A stretch of 64,000 bases of DNA from Entomortierella parvispora E1425 (GCA_020891255.1 BQFW01000013.1:930001-994000), one strand, 5' to 3'. Counted from the stretch's first letter, positions 47,169 to 58,575 are shown. Notes: a model not told the origin generated them from the sequence alone. Program-made: numbers and translations.

Positions 47169-47696
47169 TCAACAGACAAACGGTCCCTTCAGCGTATCGA
47201 TTACTGGGACCTTGGCCATCTTCAGCGCTTTCTCCGCCTCATCGTCGTCCTCATCATCGTCACCATAGTTGATCACGTCCACGTCCTCCTGCTGAAATCC
47301 CATGCTCTTCAGCTCCTTTGCAATTCGATCATGATCTCTCTCCACTGTAATCTTCTCAACAGATGGGGTTGCGGATGACACAGACGATGAAGAGCCGCTA
47401 ATCCGTGCCTTCTCGCGAACCTCTTCTCTCTTCCGCTCCTTGATCTGTCCGAAATAGGTAAGCAGGGCAACCGCCTCCCACTCGAGTTCTGCCCATTGGA
47501 CCTGTTCCACACTATCGCGCGCATAAAGGCCTTCAAGTTCACGGAGACCCAGAGCTCTTCTTTTGTCTTGTAGTTGGATTCGGGTCAATTGCATGCTGAC
47601 GAGGCTGTTGACAAGACCAGACAGCTCAAGGCGTTGAATCGATCTATCTTTGCGATCCGTCTCCAGAATCCATTCGCTCACTGGATGGGCAGCCAC
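47169..47696 (-). CDS. Uncharacterised helical protein or terminal exon of a gene whose 5' part is unresolved
   Basis: 175-codon open frame with protein-like composition and an acidic tract. The ORF starts at GTG with an internal ATG at about 47592. I could not join a frame-consistent upstream exon. Confidence 0.45.
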   Translation of the reverse strand: MAAHPVSEWILETDRKDRSIQRLELSGLVNSLVSMQLTRIQLQDKRRALGLRELEGLYARDSVEQVQWAELEWEAVALLTYFGQIKERKREEVREKARISGSSSSVSSATPSVEKITVERDHDRIAKELKSMGFQQEDVDVINYGDDDEDDDEAEKALKMAKVPVIDTLKGPFVC

Positions 47697-49352
47697 AGCA
47701 AGAGGAGTTCAGGACAAAGAAAAAGAGAGGCCAAGACGCCTTGGAGGAAAAAAAGACGAAAAGGATAAACATACAAGATCAACAGACGAAGTAATTGTAA
47801 GACATGGATTCTACTCGAGGCCGCAACATCCTAGCTCATAGAATGGCGACGACGGTGAAGGGGGAGAGGGTGAAAGTGGGGCAGAGAGGTCCTTCTACTC
47901 GTTTGAGAACGCAGCCGAGGATGATGAGTGGAGGATAGGTTGGATCACATGCTGGAGAAAGGGGGTTGTCCCAACTTCAGGCCAAGGCTGAGACAATGAA
48001 TGGAGAAGTGAAGCGCCAGACAGATCGCATGGATGGTTTATACCAAAAGAGGGATGATCTCCCAGACACAGCACTAAGCTGCTGGAAACAGACAAAAATG
48101 TGCACGATGCTCTCTCTTGGAAAAGCGCTTCGGTGGTAGGCGCTGAGCTGCACAGGCCCTTTGCAAGGTGAACGAGATGCTCGAATTGACAAATAAAAGG
48201 GATGCGTGCCTCCACCTGTCCCCCACAGCCTTTCACTTTCTTGGCATCCTTATCCCTTCACCCAAAGATCACCCCTACAACAACACACCTTCTGCACTCC
48301 ACACTTCAAGGTATGTTTGACAATGGTCCTAGCCGCCATTCAAAATGTATTGTTTTTATTGTTTACATCAGTACTTGCTCAATGGCCATGCCTCTGAAAC
48401 TATTCTGTTTGTTCAAAAAGGACTTAGGCAAAACTAAATGAGTTGATTCGCCCTTCTTCCTGCCAATGTCCATGTGCCCCAAGAGTACCAGGAAAGGAAC
48501 CGCATGATGCAAATCAACTAGCGTAATAAATAGGGCGGCGAGGAATACGAGTGTCTGCTTCATGTCATCTGGCAGAGCAACACCTCATGCACTTTTGCTT
48601 TGTCGCTCGCAGGAGAGCCAGGTCGTTACGCCATCCAATATGCCACTTCATCTGGAGGTACCAAAACCACGAAAGAACAATGCCTGAATATCGGCTGGCT
48701 TATGACCTGGACGGTGGATGATTGTGCAGTAAACGGGCACACCCACATCTTGAAGGACGACAAGAACAGGTACGGAGATGGCAACTAGTTTAAGGTGCTT
48801 CATTTCGAAGGGAGGCCGCATGGTGGATACTTCAAGACGACAGAGGAATAGATCCACTAAGGTTAGTGCAGCCCACTTTGATACAAAAAAAATATCGTAT
48901 GTGAGAAGTGCAGAACAAGCAGAGGCAATGGGTTACAGCACGAGTTCCACCCATTGGATCTGTTGGGGCGTCGATGCGGCCATCGCCTTGCGTGCAGCCC
49001 ATCATAGGAGCAAATTTCTTCCACTGGTAGTCGCCTCAGCCTTCCGATCGACCCATTGCGTAGCTTGCGTCCATCTCCAAGCCCACCTCCTTTCTTTTTA
49101 TTTCCTTTGCAACGTTGCCGTATGCCTTTTTTTTTTTTTCCTTTTCCGCTCCAACGCTCCCATGCGATCTCTGGTTGTCCAGGAGCAACGGAGATCCAGG
49201 ATTTCTTACGGATAAAAATGACTACACGAGAATCTTCAAAAAGCCCTTCCCAACAGCCCAAAGATCACATATAAAGGGCCGTCCATCACGTCCCTCCAAC
49301 TGCAATTCAACGAAACAGAAAACAACAACAAAAACAAGGGAGAAAAAAAAAC

Positions 49353-51661
49353 ATGATTGCCCTCATCACACCCACTTGTCCTACCCCAAAGGCCACCACA
49401 GAGACTCCGGTTTTGATCTCTGGCGCAGGACCCACAGGCCTCTTTGCAGGCATTCTTCTTGCCAAGATGAACATTCCCTGTCGGATCATTGAGCGCGAAT
49501 TTGAGATCTCGCCGCTCTCCAAGGCCCTGGGCATCCATGCTCGAACCCAAGAGATCTTGGACATGACAGACCCCAGCTTGCTGCAGGAATTCATGGATCA
49601 GGGCTTTATGATGCCCAACATTCATATCTACTACAACGGTAAACTCGCCGGCGAAATCAAAGCCCTCCCCAACAAGGAGTCCCACTTTAAAAAGGTCTTG
49701 TACCTGATCCAAAACAAGACGGTCAAGATCCTCGCAGACGCGTTCGAGAAGGCATCCGGGACAAAGGTCGACCGCGGATGGGAGCTGATCGATACAAAAG
49801 TCGTCGAGGGCTCTTCTGCAGATGGCGATTCTTGGGTGGAGACGACGATGAGAAGAGCAGTGGTAGGAACGAACAAAAGAGCGGGCGAGGCGAATCAAAT
49901 CTTTGGCACCCTGGAGCTTGTAGAGGAGGATGAAGAAAAGCGATACGAGTACGAGGTCGTCAAGTCAAGGTACCTCATTGGGGCCGATGGAGGCCGATCG
50001 GCAGTGCGACACAAGATCAACATGCCGTTCCCAGGAAGGACACGAAACGTCAATATGATCATATTTGACGGCATCCTGGACACGACCATCGACCTCGAGA
50101 AAATGAAGTATGTGGTCGATAGAACTCGACATGACATCTATCACCCACTCCAATGGTTGGATTCTAACGTTCGTCTGTTCTTCTACAGTGTGATCAACGG
50201 GAATGGCCATCGGTTGGTGGCTATGCTCCCACTAGGCGAAAAGGACCGTGTTCGTATCGTCTTTGTCAAGGGCTTCCTGGAACCCGAGGAATTCGAACTT
50301 CAGAAATCCAAACCCATCATAGTTGAGGAGTTTCAACAGATGCTGGACGACGCAGTGAGTCCTCTGCAATTGAAGATCACCAAGGTCAACTGGCTGACAT
50401 ATTATCGCGTCAACGAACGTCGGGCTCAGGAGTACTCTTATAAGGGACGGATATTTTTGGCAGGTGATGCAGCCCATGTACACTCACCCGCCGGGGGTCA
50501 GGGCATGAACACTGGTCTTCAAGATGCTTATAACCTGGCGTGGAAGATGGCGATGGTAATTAATGGCACAGCACCGAGCACTTTGTTAAACTCTTACAGT
50601 GAGGAACGAACAGCCATCGGTGACGAGATCATCCAATTGTCATCCGAGTCGCTGGAGGGTATTTGGGCTGGTAACTTGATCCAGCGTTGCGTCAGGCGCG
50701 TGGCCGTTGCCCTGGCACCTATCATCTTGCGTCTCGTAGCGAACAGAGCGCCCAAAATGTCCATGGTAAGGTGGATAGCCTCAGTGACAAAACGGCCATT
50801 TTCATCTACAGGGGGGATCATTTCCATCCGGGCTCCACATACTAAAAAATCATGCTTGGATTTCGAAAATCTATTTAGCTTGGCCTTCGCTACTATGAAA
50901 GCTCACTGAACAAGAGCCACAAGACTCAAAAGGCCTCAGCCTCCGACGTAGGAGCGATTGGTTGTCGTGCTCGTGACGGTCCCCTTGTGCCGTTTCTTGG
51001 TCGTATTGACAGTGGCCATAACAGCGATAGCGAGTCTAGTCATATCAGCAATGGACCCACGGACACAAGCGGGAAGGAAGGCGAAAACAGAAGCAACAAC
51101 AGCGAGAGCGATGAAGGCAGCAACTACGACCGCCACCACAGCCGCACAGCCAATAATATGACTAGCGATGACACGGTTCGACTGCACGAGCTCATGGCTC
51201 ATCCAGGAGTCTTTCAAATTCTCGTGTTCACTGGAAACCTATGGAAGCATCGACCCGCCGCTGCTTCTGAGCTTGTGCAGTCTCTAGAACACTACCTTGC
51301 AAAGTGGCGGTCAACGTGGCCCTCTTCCGGAAGTCTTCCCGTCGAGTCCAACGAGAATAAGGAATCTCTGCGCCCCCAATTCATGGTTCACGTCCTGACA
51401 ACCGTTTCAGCTTCCGAAGCTGCAACAGCTGCCCAGTTCTTGGCAGCGCGCAGGAATGTTGTCGGTGAAGGCAAAGTGCATACAGATGTGGGGAAGATGT
51501 TGCACAAACGGTACGGGATCGATGCTGCTGCGGCAAAGAACGAAGGCAAGGGTGCAATCGTCGTTATTCGACCAGATTCCCATATTTCGTACCGAGTTCG
51601 GGGTGTAGGTCAGAGCGCATGGGAGGATGTTCATGGGTACTTTGAGTCCATCTTGATCTAG
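49353..51661 (+). CDS. FAD-dependent aromatic monooxygenase (PheA/TfdB/phenol-hydroxylase-like; FAD_binding_3 plus C-terminal thioredoxin-like domain), copy 1, 3 exons
   Basis: VLISGAGPTG; YLIGADGGRSAVRH; IFLAGDAAHVHSPAGGQGMNTGLQDAYNL; C-terminal VVIRPDSHISYR...YFESILI*. Confidence 0.92.
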
Positions 51662-52251
51662 ATACCGTGGCCAATTGGGTGGTCCAATTGACATCGGTTA
51701 CACCCACCCGCGGAGTCATGACAATAAAATGAGAGCACAGAAAAAAAAAAAAAAAAAAAAAAAAAAGGAGAAAAGAACTCGACTGAGAGTAGAAGAGAGG
51801 AGCCAAGTCGATTAACAGTTCCCGGAAAGTTTCTAGAGATGGATGACCATTTTGCCCTTTGTCAACTCAAAAATGAGGGGAAAGAGTTCCACGTTTTTCT
51901 TGTGTGCGGAGGCAAGGAGAGAAGAAAAGTTGAGAGCTGGGCATAGGCGAAACGGAGAAGGACGGACGGACGATGATTTTTGGTCAAGTGAGAATGACGA
52001 TGATCTTGGCTTGCCGCAGAATCCTGACCCCAAACCCGACGGTATTATTTCACGGTAAGAGAACGACGCAGCAAATGAGTCGACACAGACTGAAAGAGCA
52101 CAAAAAAAAAAAATTGGGAGCGTGGCACAAAATTGAGAGATGAGGGGCCTTCTTTGCCTCTGGGCGGTGCAAAGTTCTATTGTCTTTCCTCTCTCTCTCT
52201 CTGTCGGCACAGAAAAGAGGCGAGGACACATGGGTGGCAGGGCAAGGGCAG

Positions 52252-52315
52252 GGTCAATTGACCAGGCACCAACGGCCTTGCCGCTGCAGTTAAAGACTCT
52301 CCATAAGTATAAATA
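52252..52315 (+). promoter_or_regulatory. Putative promoter of His-rich ORF 1: palindrome GGTCAATTGACC (52252-52263) and TATAAATA (52308-52315)
   Basis: The perfect 12-bp palindrome lies 45 nt upstream of a TATA box, and a near-identical element lies upstream of the paralog. Confidence 0.5.
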
Positions 52316-52478
52316 CATCGACATTCCTCACTTTTCGCTTTTCTTTCTTTCTCTCTCTTCATCCTCATATCAGAACTTCAGATCGACACTCACATCCCCT
52401 CTCAAACTCTCGCAAACGTTTCAGCGATCCACCACGGCGCCCACAACTAGAAAAGCAGCTTCTTCAACAACCTCATCA

Positions 52479-52991
52479 ATGGTTCCTGAGTCTCCCCGCC
52501 ACAACCACAACCACAACCACAACGAGCAAAAAGTAGCCGAGATGAACCCTATGGCTTCAAAGCTCCACCATTCTATCGAAAGCGAGTACCAGTTGCCCTT
52601 TGATAAGATTGCAACCATGGACTCCCACAGCATCCATGCAGAGGCATTGTCCGAGAAGCTGCAGCAGTTGAAGCAGGAGCAGCAACTCGGTCAACAGCCC
52701 AACGGTCGTCATTCGCACCACGCATCGTCGTCCTCTCGTCATAATCATCGCCATGACGAGCACAGCTCCACTTCTGAGAAGAAGTCACCCCATGACGCCC
52801 TGCAGGCCATTCTGAACCGGATTGACAAGCAGCACCAGGAGAAGGAGCTCGAGAAGGAGAAGGAGCGCGAGTTGGAGGCCGAGCTTCTTCGTCGTCACAA
52901 CCACCCCCGCTTGAGCCCAGAACTCATCCGGGACCATCTTCACCACACGCTCAAGCAGAACCATGGAAACGCCAACCTGCGGCACAGCTGA
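52479..52991 (+). CDS. Uncharacterised His/Gln-rich small protein, paralog 1 (170 aa, intronless)
   Basis: TATA box and pyrimidine-rich leader upstream, strong C/G-ending codon bias, and two conserved blocks shared with 62896-63333. Confidence 0.8.
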   Translation: MVPESPRHNHNHNHNEQKVAEMNPMASKLHHSIESEYQLPFDKIATMDSHSIHAEALSEKLQQLKQEQQLGQQPNGRHSHHASSSSRHNHRHDEHSSTSEKKSPHDALQAILNRIDKQHQEKELEKEKERELEAELLRRHNHPRLSPELIRDHLHHTLKQNHGNANLRHS

Positions 52992-53629
52992 CGAGACGTT
53001 CACTTTTTTTCCATTTTAAATTCCTTTTCACTTCTTCTGCCCCCGCTTTCTGTTGGCAGAGTGAACTCACAACTATACCCAAAAAAAAATCCCTCCCTTC
53101 GCTGATCGTCTTTCAGCTGCAAAAAAGGAACCCTTTTTTTTTGTATGAGATTCCGCCCGCGCGATCTCTGCGCAAAAAAAAACAACCAAAGCAAAAAAAA
53201 AAAAGAACCCCCTTTCTCTGGTGCCTCTTAGTTTAGTTTACTTCCACCATTCTTTTCCTTTTTTTTTTTTCTCCTTTTTCTTTTGCGCACGCGCAACATT
53301 GCCACGCTGCGGCGACGACCATTTCCCCTCTCATCTGATCTTTTCAAGAGAGAAATGAAAACGCTTCGGGCTTAGCCTGACCTTGACGACGGCAATTTTG
53401 AAACAAAAAAAAACATGTATTTGTTCAGAGTGCGCAATAGCTATTTAGACAAATGACCATATCTTTTTTTTTCTATGACGTTCCCACAACGCAATAGCGA
53501 TGGAGGGGGTTCGGTTCAACGAGAAAATAACGCGAAAAGAAAGAAAAAAATAAAAAGAAAAGTGATCGAAATGAAATGTACACGCGTCAAGGGGAACTGA
53601 CGCGAGGGTTCTTGAGGTGCGTGTTTTTT

Positions 53630-55852
53630 TTACAAGATGATGGACAAGAAAGCGGACTGAAGGTTATAAAGCTGATTAGTGCTCTGGAATAGGTACAAGC
53701 ACCCAAAGAGAAGGGATAGCATGACCAAACTTGAGATCCCCTGGGACTCGGGCACCGAAGACAAAAATTTGGATGAAAAGGACGGTGAAGAGTGATTTCC
53801 GTTGGACGACGGAAGAAGGGTATATGGGTTGCTGTGGCTGTTTCTGCGTTTTGATGACCACTTTTTAGAACCAGAGGGTCCTTTTGACTTTGTCGAGAGT
53901 TGGACGTTGCTTCTGTTCCACGTTCCTGTTTGTGAGGGACTGGTTGAAATGGATGAAGAGGTCGAAGAAATGATCTGGGCTGGAGATATTGAATGCTGGC
54001 GGTTTTGTTGGGGCATCTGTCGACAGGAAAGGACGGGTGGATGTGTCTGTATGTTATGAGACTCGAGACATATTGGTTCCAGCTCTTCAGAGCATAGCTG
54101 TCGCGTTGGATGTTGCTGAAGTGGCTCGAGCGACCGCTGCTGTTGTTCTTGCAATGATCGAATCTGTCTCCTCCGGCTGCGATTATTCCTGTCCCGGATC
54201 ATGGTCCAGTAATCCATTTCTTCCGTTACGTCCTCGACTCGATCCATCTTGTCACTGCCACCATGATCGTCCACCTCCACTGAATCCTCTCCCTCTAATC
54301 TCTCCATACCAAGCTCCAACTCCTCCAGTCGCCTCGCAGAATACAGATCAGACTCAGAATAAGAGGAGAGAGCACCACCGAGTTTTTTTTTCCTGTCCTT
54401 CAAGCCAGCTTCCGTGAGACCCAGACCATCTTCTGTAACAGTGCTGGCTCCACCACCCAGCATGCCCTCATACCACGAGCTAGGCCTCCTTTTCTGATCT
54501 ACACCATTCGCTCTCAGCGACAATCCTGTCGACAACATCGCAAAGGATGACAAGGACCGTGCCCATGGTACATTGATCAACCTCCTTCCGCCTCCCACCT
54601 TTTCTTCCTCCTCTTCCTCCCGAGCCGTCATGACCCTACACTGAGCAAGGTTGGAACTCACTTTGGGTCTCGCCGACCACCCCTTATTGGCCTCTGTTCC
54701 AAAGCCTGTTCGCTTTGGTAGTGCGCCAGTGGAAGGTCCAGGGGCTCTTGGCATCTCTGCTCTCAGCCTTCCATACTGGATCAACTCGGCTTGGGTCATA
54801 ATCATCTTCATGAGCACGTAGCGTCGAATCGGCTGATGCGAATGTAAATGATGAGCTGCGTGAACGTACATCCTCGCGAGATCTGATTCTGAGATGGTCG
54901 AAAGAAGCTGTGCTGACATGACGGGATTCGGCAAATGTGCCAAGGATTGGGAGTATGGTCGCTGTTGACGATGTCGACATTTCGAAGGAGATGGCTGACG
55001 CGCCGTAGGGAGAGCAGGGTCCTCCAAAATCGCATTAGGCGCAATTGACGCGTTCAATGCAGAAGTCGCGATGGCGGGTTGCGAAAACCAGGCAGATGTT
55101 TCTGTGGGGGGTGTGGTAGGCGAGGGAAGCTGCATTGTCCTCTTGTTGCTGTCATTGGAGCATTCTGGAATGCAGAGGGATGGAAGTAAACAAGGTAGAG
55201 CACGCGGTTTGGCCACCGCTGGAGAGGATGCAGACACATCTGTAGCCAAGGAATCTTGTTCAAGATGAGGGGACACGGGTGAGGGCAGTGAGGTTGATGG
55301 AAACGAGGACGAGGACTGAGTGGTCACCGTTAATTCTGGCTGAGGGTGATGGTGATGGTGATGATGCACATACAGATGGATCGCTAGGCTCGAGGGGGAC
55401 TCAGCTGGGGAGGTAGGGGTAATTGGAGGCGAGGGGGGCAAATGCTCCTTGGCTTGATGAGATGAGGGCGGCGTTGGTCGAGGAAGAGAAGCCAGCAATG
55501 GTTGCTGCAGATGCGAGTGCAATTGCTGCTGTTGCTGCCGCAGCTGTCTTAACCTCTGTTTGGATTCAGCCGATATTTGTGCATGGGAGGTCTCTCTGGC
55601 CTCTGTCGCGCCTTCACGGCGACGGCGATCGCCCTGTCGATGCTGTTGCTGGGGACCGTTCATGATCATCTCGTGATAAGTGCTGTCCAGATCCGTGTTT
55701 TTATCGACCCTCACCCTTGTTGCGTGGCCGCATGGATGAATGGCCGACTCTGCCTCCACCGAAGCATCCACGACGCCATCCCGGTTGACGCAGTCCAGGA
55801 ACATCTGTGCCCGCGCAGAGCGAGGCACTGGTGCACTGACAACAGGTAGCAT
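53630..55852 (-). CDS. Uncharacterised 740-aa low-complexity (S/P/Q/H-rich) protein with C-terminal hydrophobic segment
   Basis: Uninterrupted 2.2-kb ATG-started ORF with a poly-His tract, an internal helical block (DLARMYVHAAHHLHSHQPIRRYVLMKMIM) and terminal LVMLSLLFGCLYLF. Confidence 0.75.
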   Translation of the reverse strand: MLPVVSAPVPRSARAQMFLDCVNRDGVVDASVEAESAIHPCGHATRVRVDKNTDLDSTYHEMIMNGPQQQHRQGDRRRREGATEARETSHAQISAESKQRLRQLRQQQQQLHSHLQQPLLASLPRPTPPSSHQAKEHLPPSPPITPTSPAESPSSLAIHLYVHHHHHHHPQPELTVTTQSSSSFPSTSLPSPVSPHLEQDSLATDVSASSPAVAKPRALPCLLPSLCIPECSNDSNKRTMQLPSPTTPPTETSAWFSQPAIATSALNASIAPNAILEDPALPTARQPSPSKCRHRQQRPYSQSLAHLPNPVMSAQLLSTISESDLARMYVHAAHHLHSHQPIRRYVLMKMIMTQAELIQYGRLRAEMPRAPGPSTGALPKRTGFGTEANKGWSARPKVSSNLAQCRVMTAREEEEEEKVGGGRRLINVPWARSLSSFAMLSTGLSLRANGVDQKRRPSSWYEGMLGGGASTVTEDGLGLTEAGLKDRKKKLGGALSSYSESDLYSARRLEELELGMERLEGEDSVEVDDHGGSDKMDRVEDVTEEMDYWTMIRDRNNRSRRRQIRSLQEQQQRSLEPLQQHPTRQLCSEELEPICLESHNIQTHPPVLSCRQMPQQNRQHSISPAQIISSTSSSISTSPSQTGTWNRSNVQLSTKSKGPSGSKKWSSKRRNSHSNPYTLLPSSNGNHSSPSFSSKFLSSVPESQGISSLVMLSLLFGCLYLFQSTNQLYNLQSAFLSIIL

Positions 55853-57429
55853 TGGGCTCTTCTTTTTTCTTTTCCGTTGACCGTCCTGATCTGCGATCTG
55901 TGGTGTGAAGGGTAATGCAGGGAGAGGGAGAGGAGCGACAAGGTGAGTGCTTACACCGAAGCGCCGAGTGGTTGCGGAAGAAGAGAGCGAGGGACGATGA
56001 GTTTCTACCTCGTCGACACTTGGAGGTCTTCGAGGTCGGGGTATAATGGCGGTGGCGTTAAAAAAAAGTCGTTGGGGTGTTGCCAGTGCGCGTTACAAAG
56101 GACAAGGGAGAGCCCGACAGGAACAGTCCTGGAGAGGAAGAGGGAAAGGAGCAGAGTGGGGATGGGGGAGAATAAAGGAGCAATGGAGACGAGCATTGAT
56201 TCCATGGTGGGAATGTTCCATCCACATTCAACCCGACATGGTGGATCTTTATTATTATTTTTTTTCTGTTCTCTTTTTTGGATTTCCTAAGCATGTGCCG
56301 TTGATATGCTCAGAAGAGGTCTTGTCGCGTGCAGAGACAGGGGGACAGGATCCCTCAGTGCGAATGGCCTGTGGTCGAAGTGCAGTGATCCAGTGTACCC
56401 TCTCTGCCCCTCTCCTTCCCCTTCAAGTCCAAGGCAGGTTCAGTCTCGTCCGAGATGCAACCAACAAACGAGAGGCGGCAGGACGTGTGGGTGAATTGGC
56501 CAGGGCAAGGACAGGGCAGGGAGAAGGGCCTTTGATTCCAATCTTGTCCTTCGCTTTTTTTTACATGAGCGGAATGTGGGTTCTTTTGGTTTTGATTGAC
56601 ATCAGGTTGCACAGGCTGGTCATGCCCAAACATGCAAAGCAGGGTGGTACTGCAAGAGGAGTTCAGCTGTGACAGGGCCATTCTCTTTTGTCAATGTCCT
56701 TGTCGAAAGAAAGGACATGAGACCAGTGTGGCCATGTCCTCTCTCCCTCTCTCTCTTTCTCTCTCTCTCCAAGTCTGATTTCCGCGACGTTGAAAACAAA
56801 ACAGTGGATCTCGACTTGTTTTTGGCCATCTGTTTCTTTCACTTCCCAAGAGTGCACCGAGGAGCATGTGGGCAGATCATCGCGGACAAACAAAAATGTC
56901 TTTATTGCATCTCATGGATTTCACTGCTGGGGGCCACCGAGAAGAAGAGCGGAAAAGGACTGGGGCCATAGTCTGGTTGAAGAGGATCAGAAGGGTGAGA
57001 TGCAGGGTTGACCTGAGTTCCGAAGATATTATCCTGGGTCCAGGGGAAGGGCGTAGCAAGGAGAGAACACAAGGAGCCCTTCGGATTAGAAATGACAGAA
57101 CTCGGCACCGTACCTGCGGTCTCTCTTGCTTGGATTCGGCTTTCTGTGGTCTATTAGGAATCTGTTTCTGTCTGCTCCGATGATGATTTTGGTGCGTAGC
57201 TCTGCTGGGATCCTCTGCCTGTGGCCATTGTTTACTCGTTTGCAGTGCTTCATACGATCCTGCTGAGAGCAGAAGGAAGACCCACCCGCCATCGTAGCAT
57301 ACTGTTCTTGTTTTGTCATGGCCACCAGATCAAGATGACAACCTGATAGATCCTGGCGACAGCTGAGACGAGAAAAGTCGAGTTTTTCTTTCCACTGTTG
57401 TGCAGTGTCCGCCCGATTACATCTAGATG

Positions 57430-58575
57430 ATCCTGAGTACTTGAAATCATGATATCCTACTGAAGGAATTCCGTCTGCAAATGCTGGACCTAGTCAACGA
57501 GCCGCTACAAAAACTCCTACATCCAAGATCCTGATCTTGTCAAACTAGCTCGTGAAGCATCGGAAGAGTACCTGAAAAATTACAGGTATTAATATGTAGT
57601 AAGCACGGCCATCAGTGTTTGATAGCTCTCTGTCGAGAGTGGCACTCGGACTCAACCTTCTGATAGTGTCCAAGAGGAGCAGTAGCGAGGAGGAATGCCT
57701 GGAGCGAACGGTGGATATGAAGAGACATGGGCATTGACATGACATCAGCCAACAATGAAGATGGGTTGACCAGTTGTCACGGCTCCAGCCGCAGGGTTGG
57801 TGGCAACAAGCGGGTGGCTTTTCCCACAAGGCATTTCGCGAAATGAAAAAAAAAGAGATCTCTCGCGACGAGTGAATATCTACCTTATCGCACTTGCTAC
57901 ATCGCAGTAAATACGATTTTAGGTAGAAATCTTCCTTAAATCGCAATTGCTGCGACCCCAAATCGTGCCATCGGTGCGCGTTACAAAAAATCTCCGCTCA
58001 ACTTCATTCATGCGTCCTTGTCCAACTGCCTTGGTACTTTCGTGGAGTGGCTATTGTGCGCCACCAATCCAGTCCACCCGTACGACTCCCAAAACACGGA
58101 CCTGCGACTTCCGTTCCTTCTCGTCTCCTTGATTGTCTTGACCAAGTCCCCAACTCTGCGTGTTGGCGCGCCTTTCAAAGAATCAGGCGAGAATGAACGC
58201 CCAGATAATCGCCCGGCACCTGACAACGGCATGACATCCTTCAGAACGGACTTCCAAGCGGCTGGTATGTGCCCATGTCCACTGGATCCTCGAGCGAGAC
58301 TTGAGAGCCTGAACTGTAACATTTTCTCTAATAAGACCGTTTAAAACCAAATCGGGTCGTCAGGCGCCTCTGTTCGTCGTCAACCATTCGCAGGACGATG
58401 CTGTCACTCTTCAAGGACAAGGTATGGGACCTTTGTCGGGAGGCTGAAGCCTGCCGCAACTGACCTCCTTATTGGAAAAGTTCAGACAACAGTGCCTTTG
58501 GTCCCTCCGACACGTTTACAGACCCGGTCTTTCTTGTCTTCAAGGATGCCGTCATCGCTTTCGGGAAAGCCTAGC
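57430..58575 (+). pseudogene. Possible decayed coding sequence (fragments separated by stops and frame changes)
   Basis: Protein-like fragments ILLKEFRLQMLDLVNEPLQKLL, QDPDLVKLAREASEEYLKNY, MSNCLGTFVEWLLC... and MLSLFKDKVWDLCREAEACRN*PPYW...DPVFLVFKDAVIAFGKA*. No family recognised. Confidence 0.25.

Noticed and set aside
56046-57325. Several 60-200 aa ORFs on both strands upstream of the 740-aa gene
   Set aside because: They overlap on both strands, have no coding-like composition or motifs, and give no consistent splice chain.
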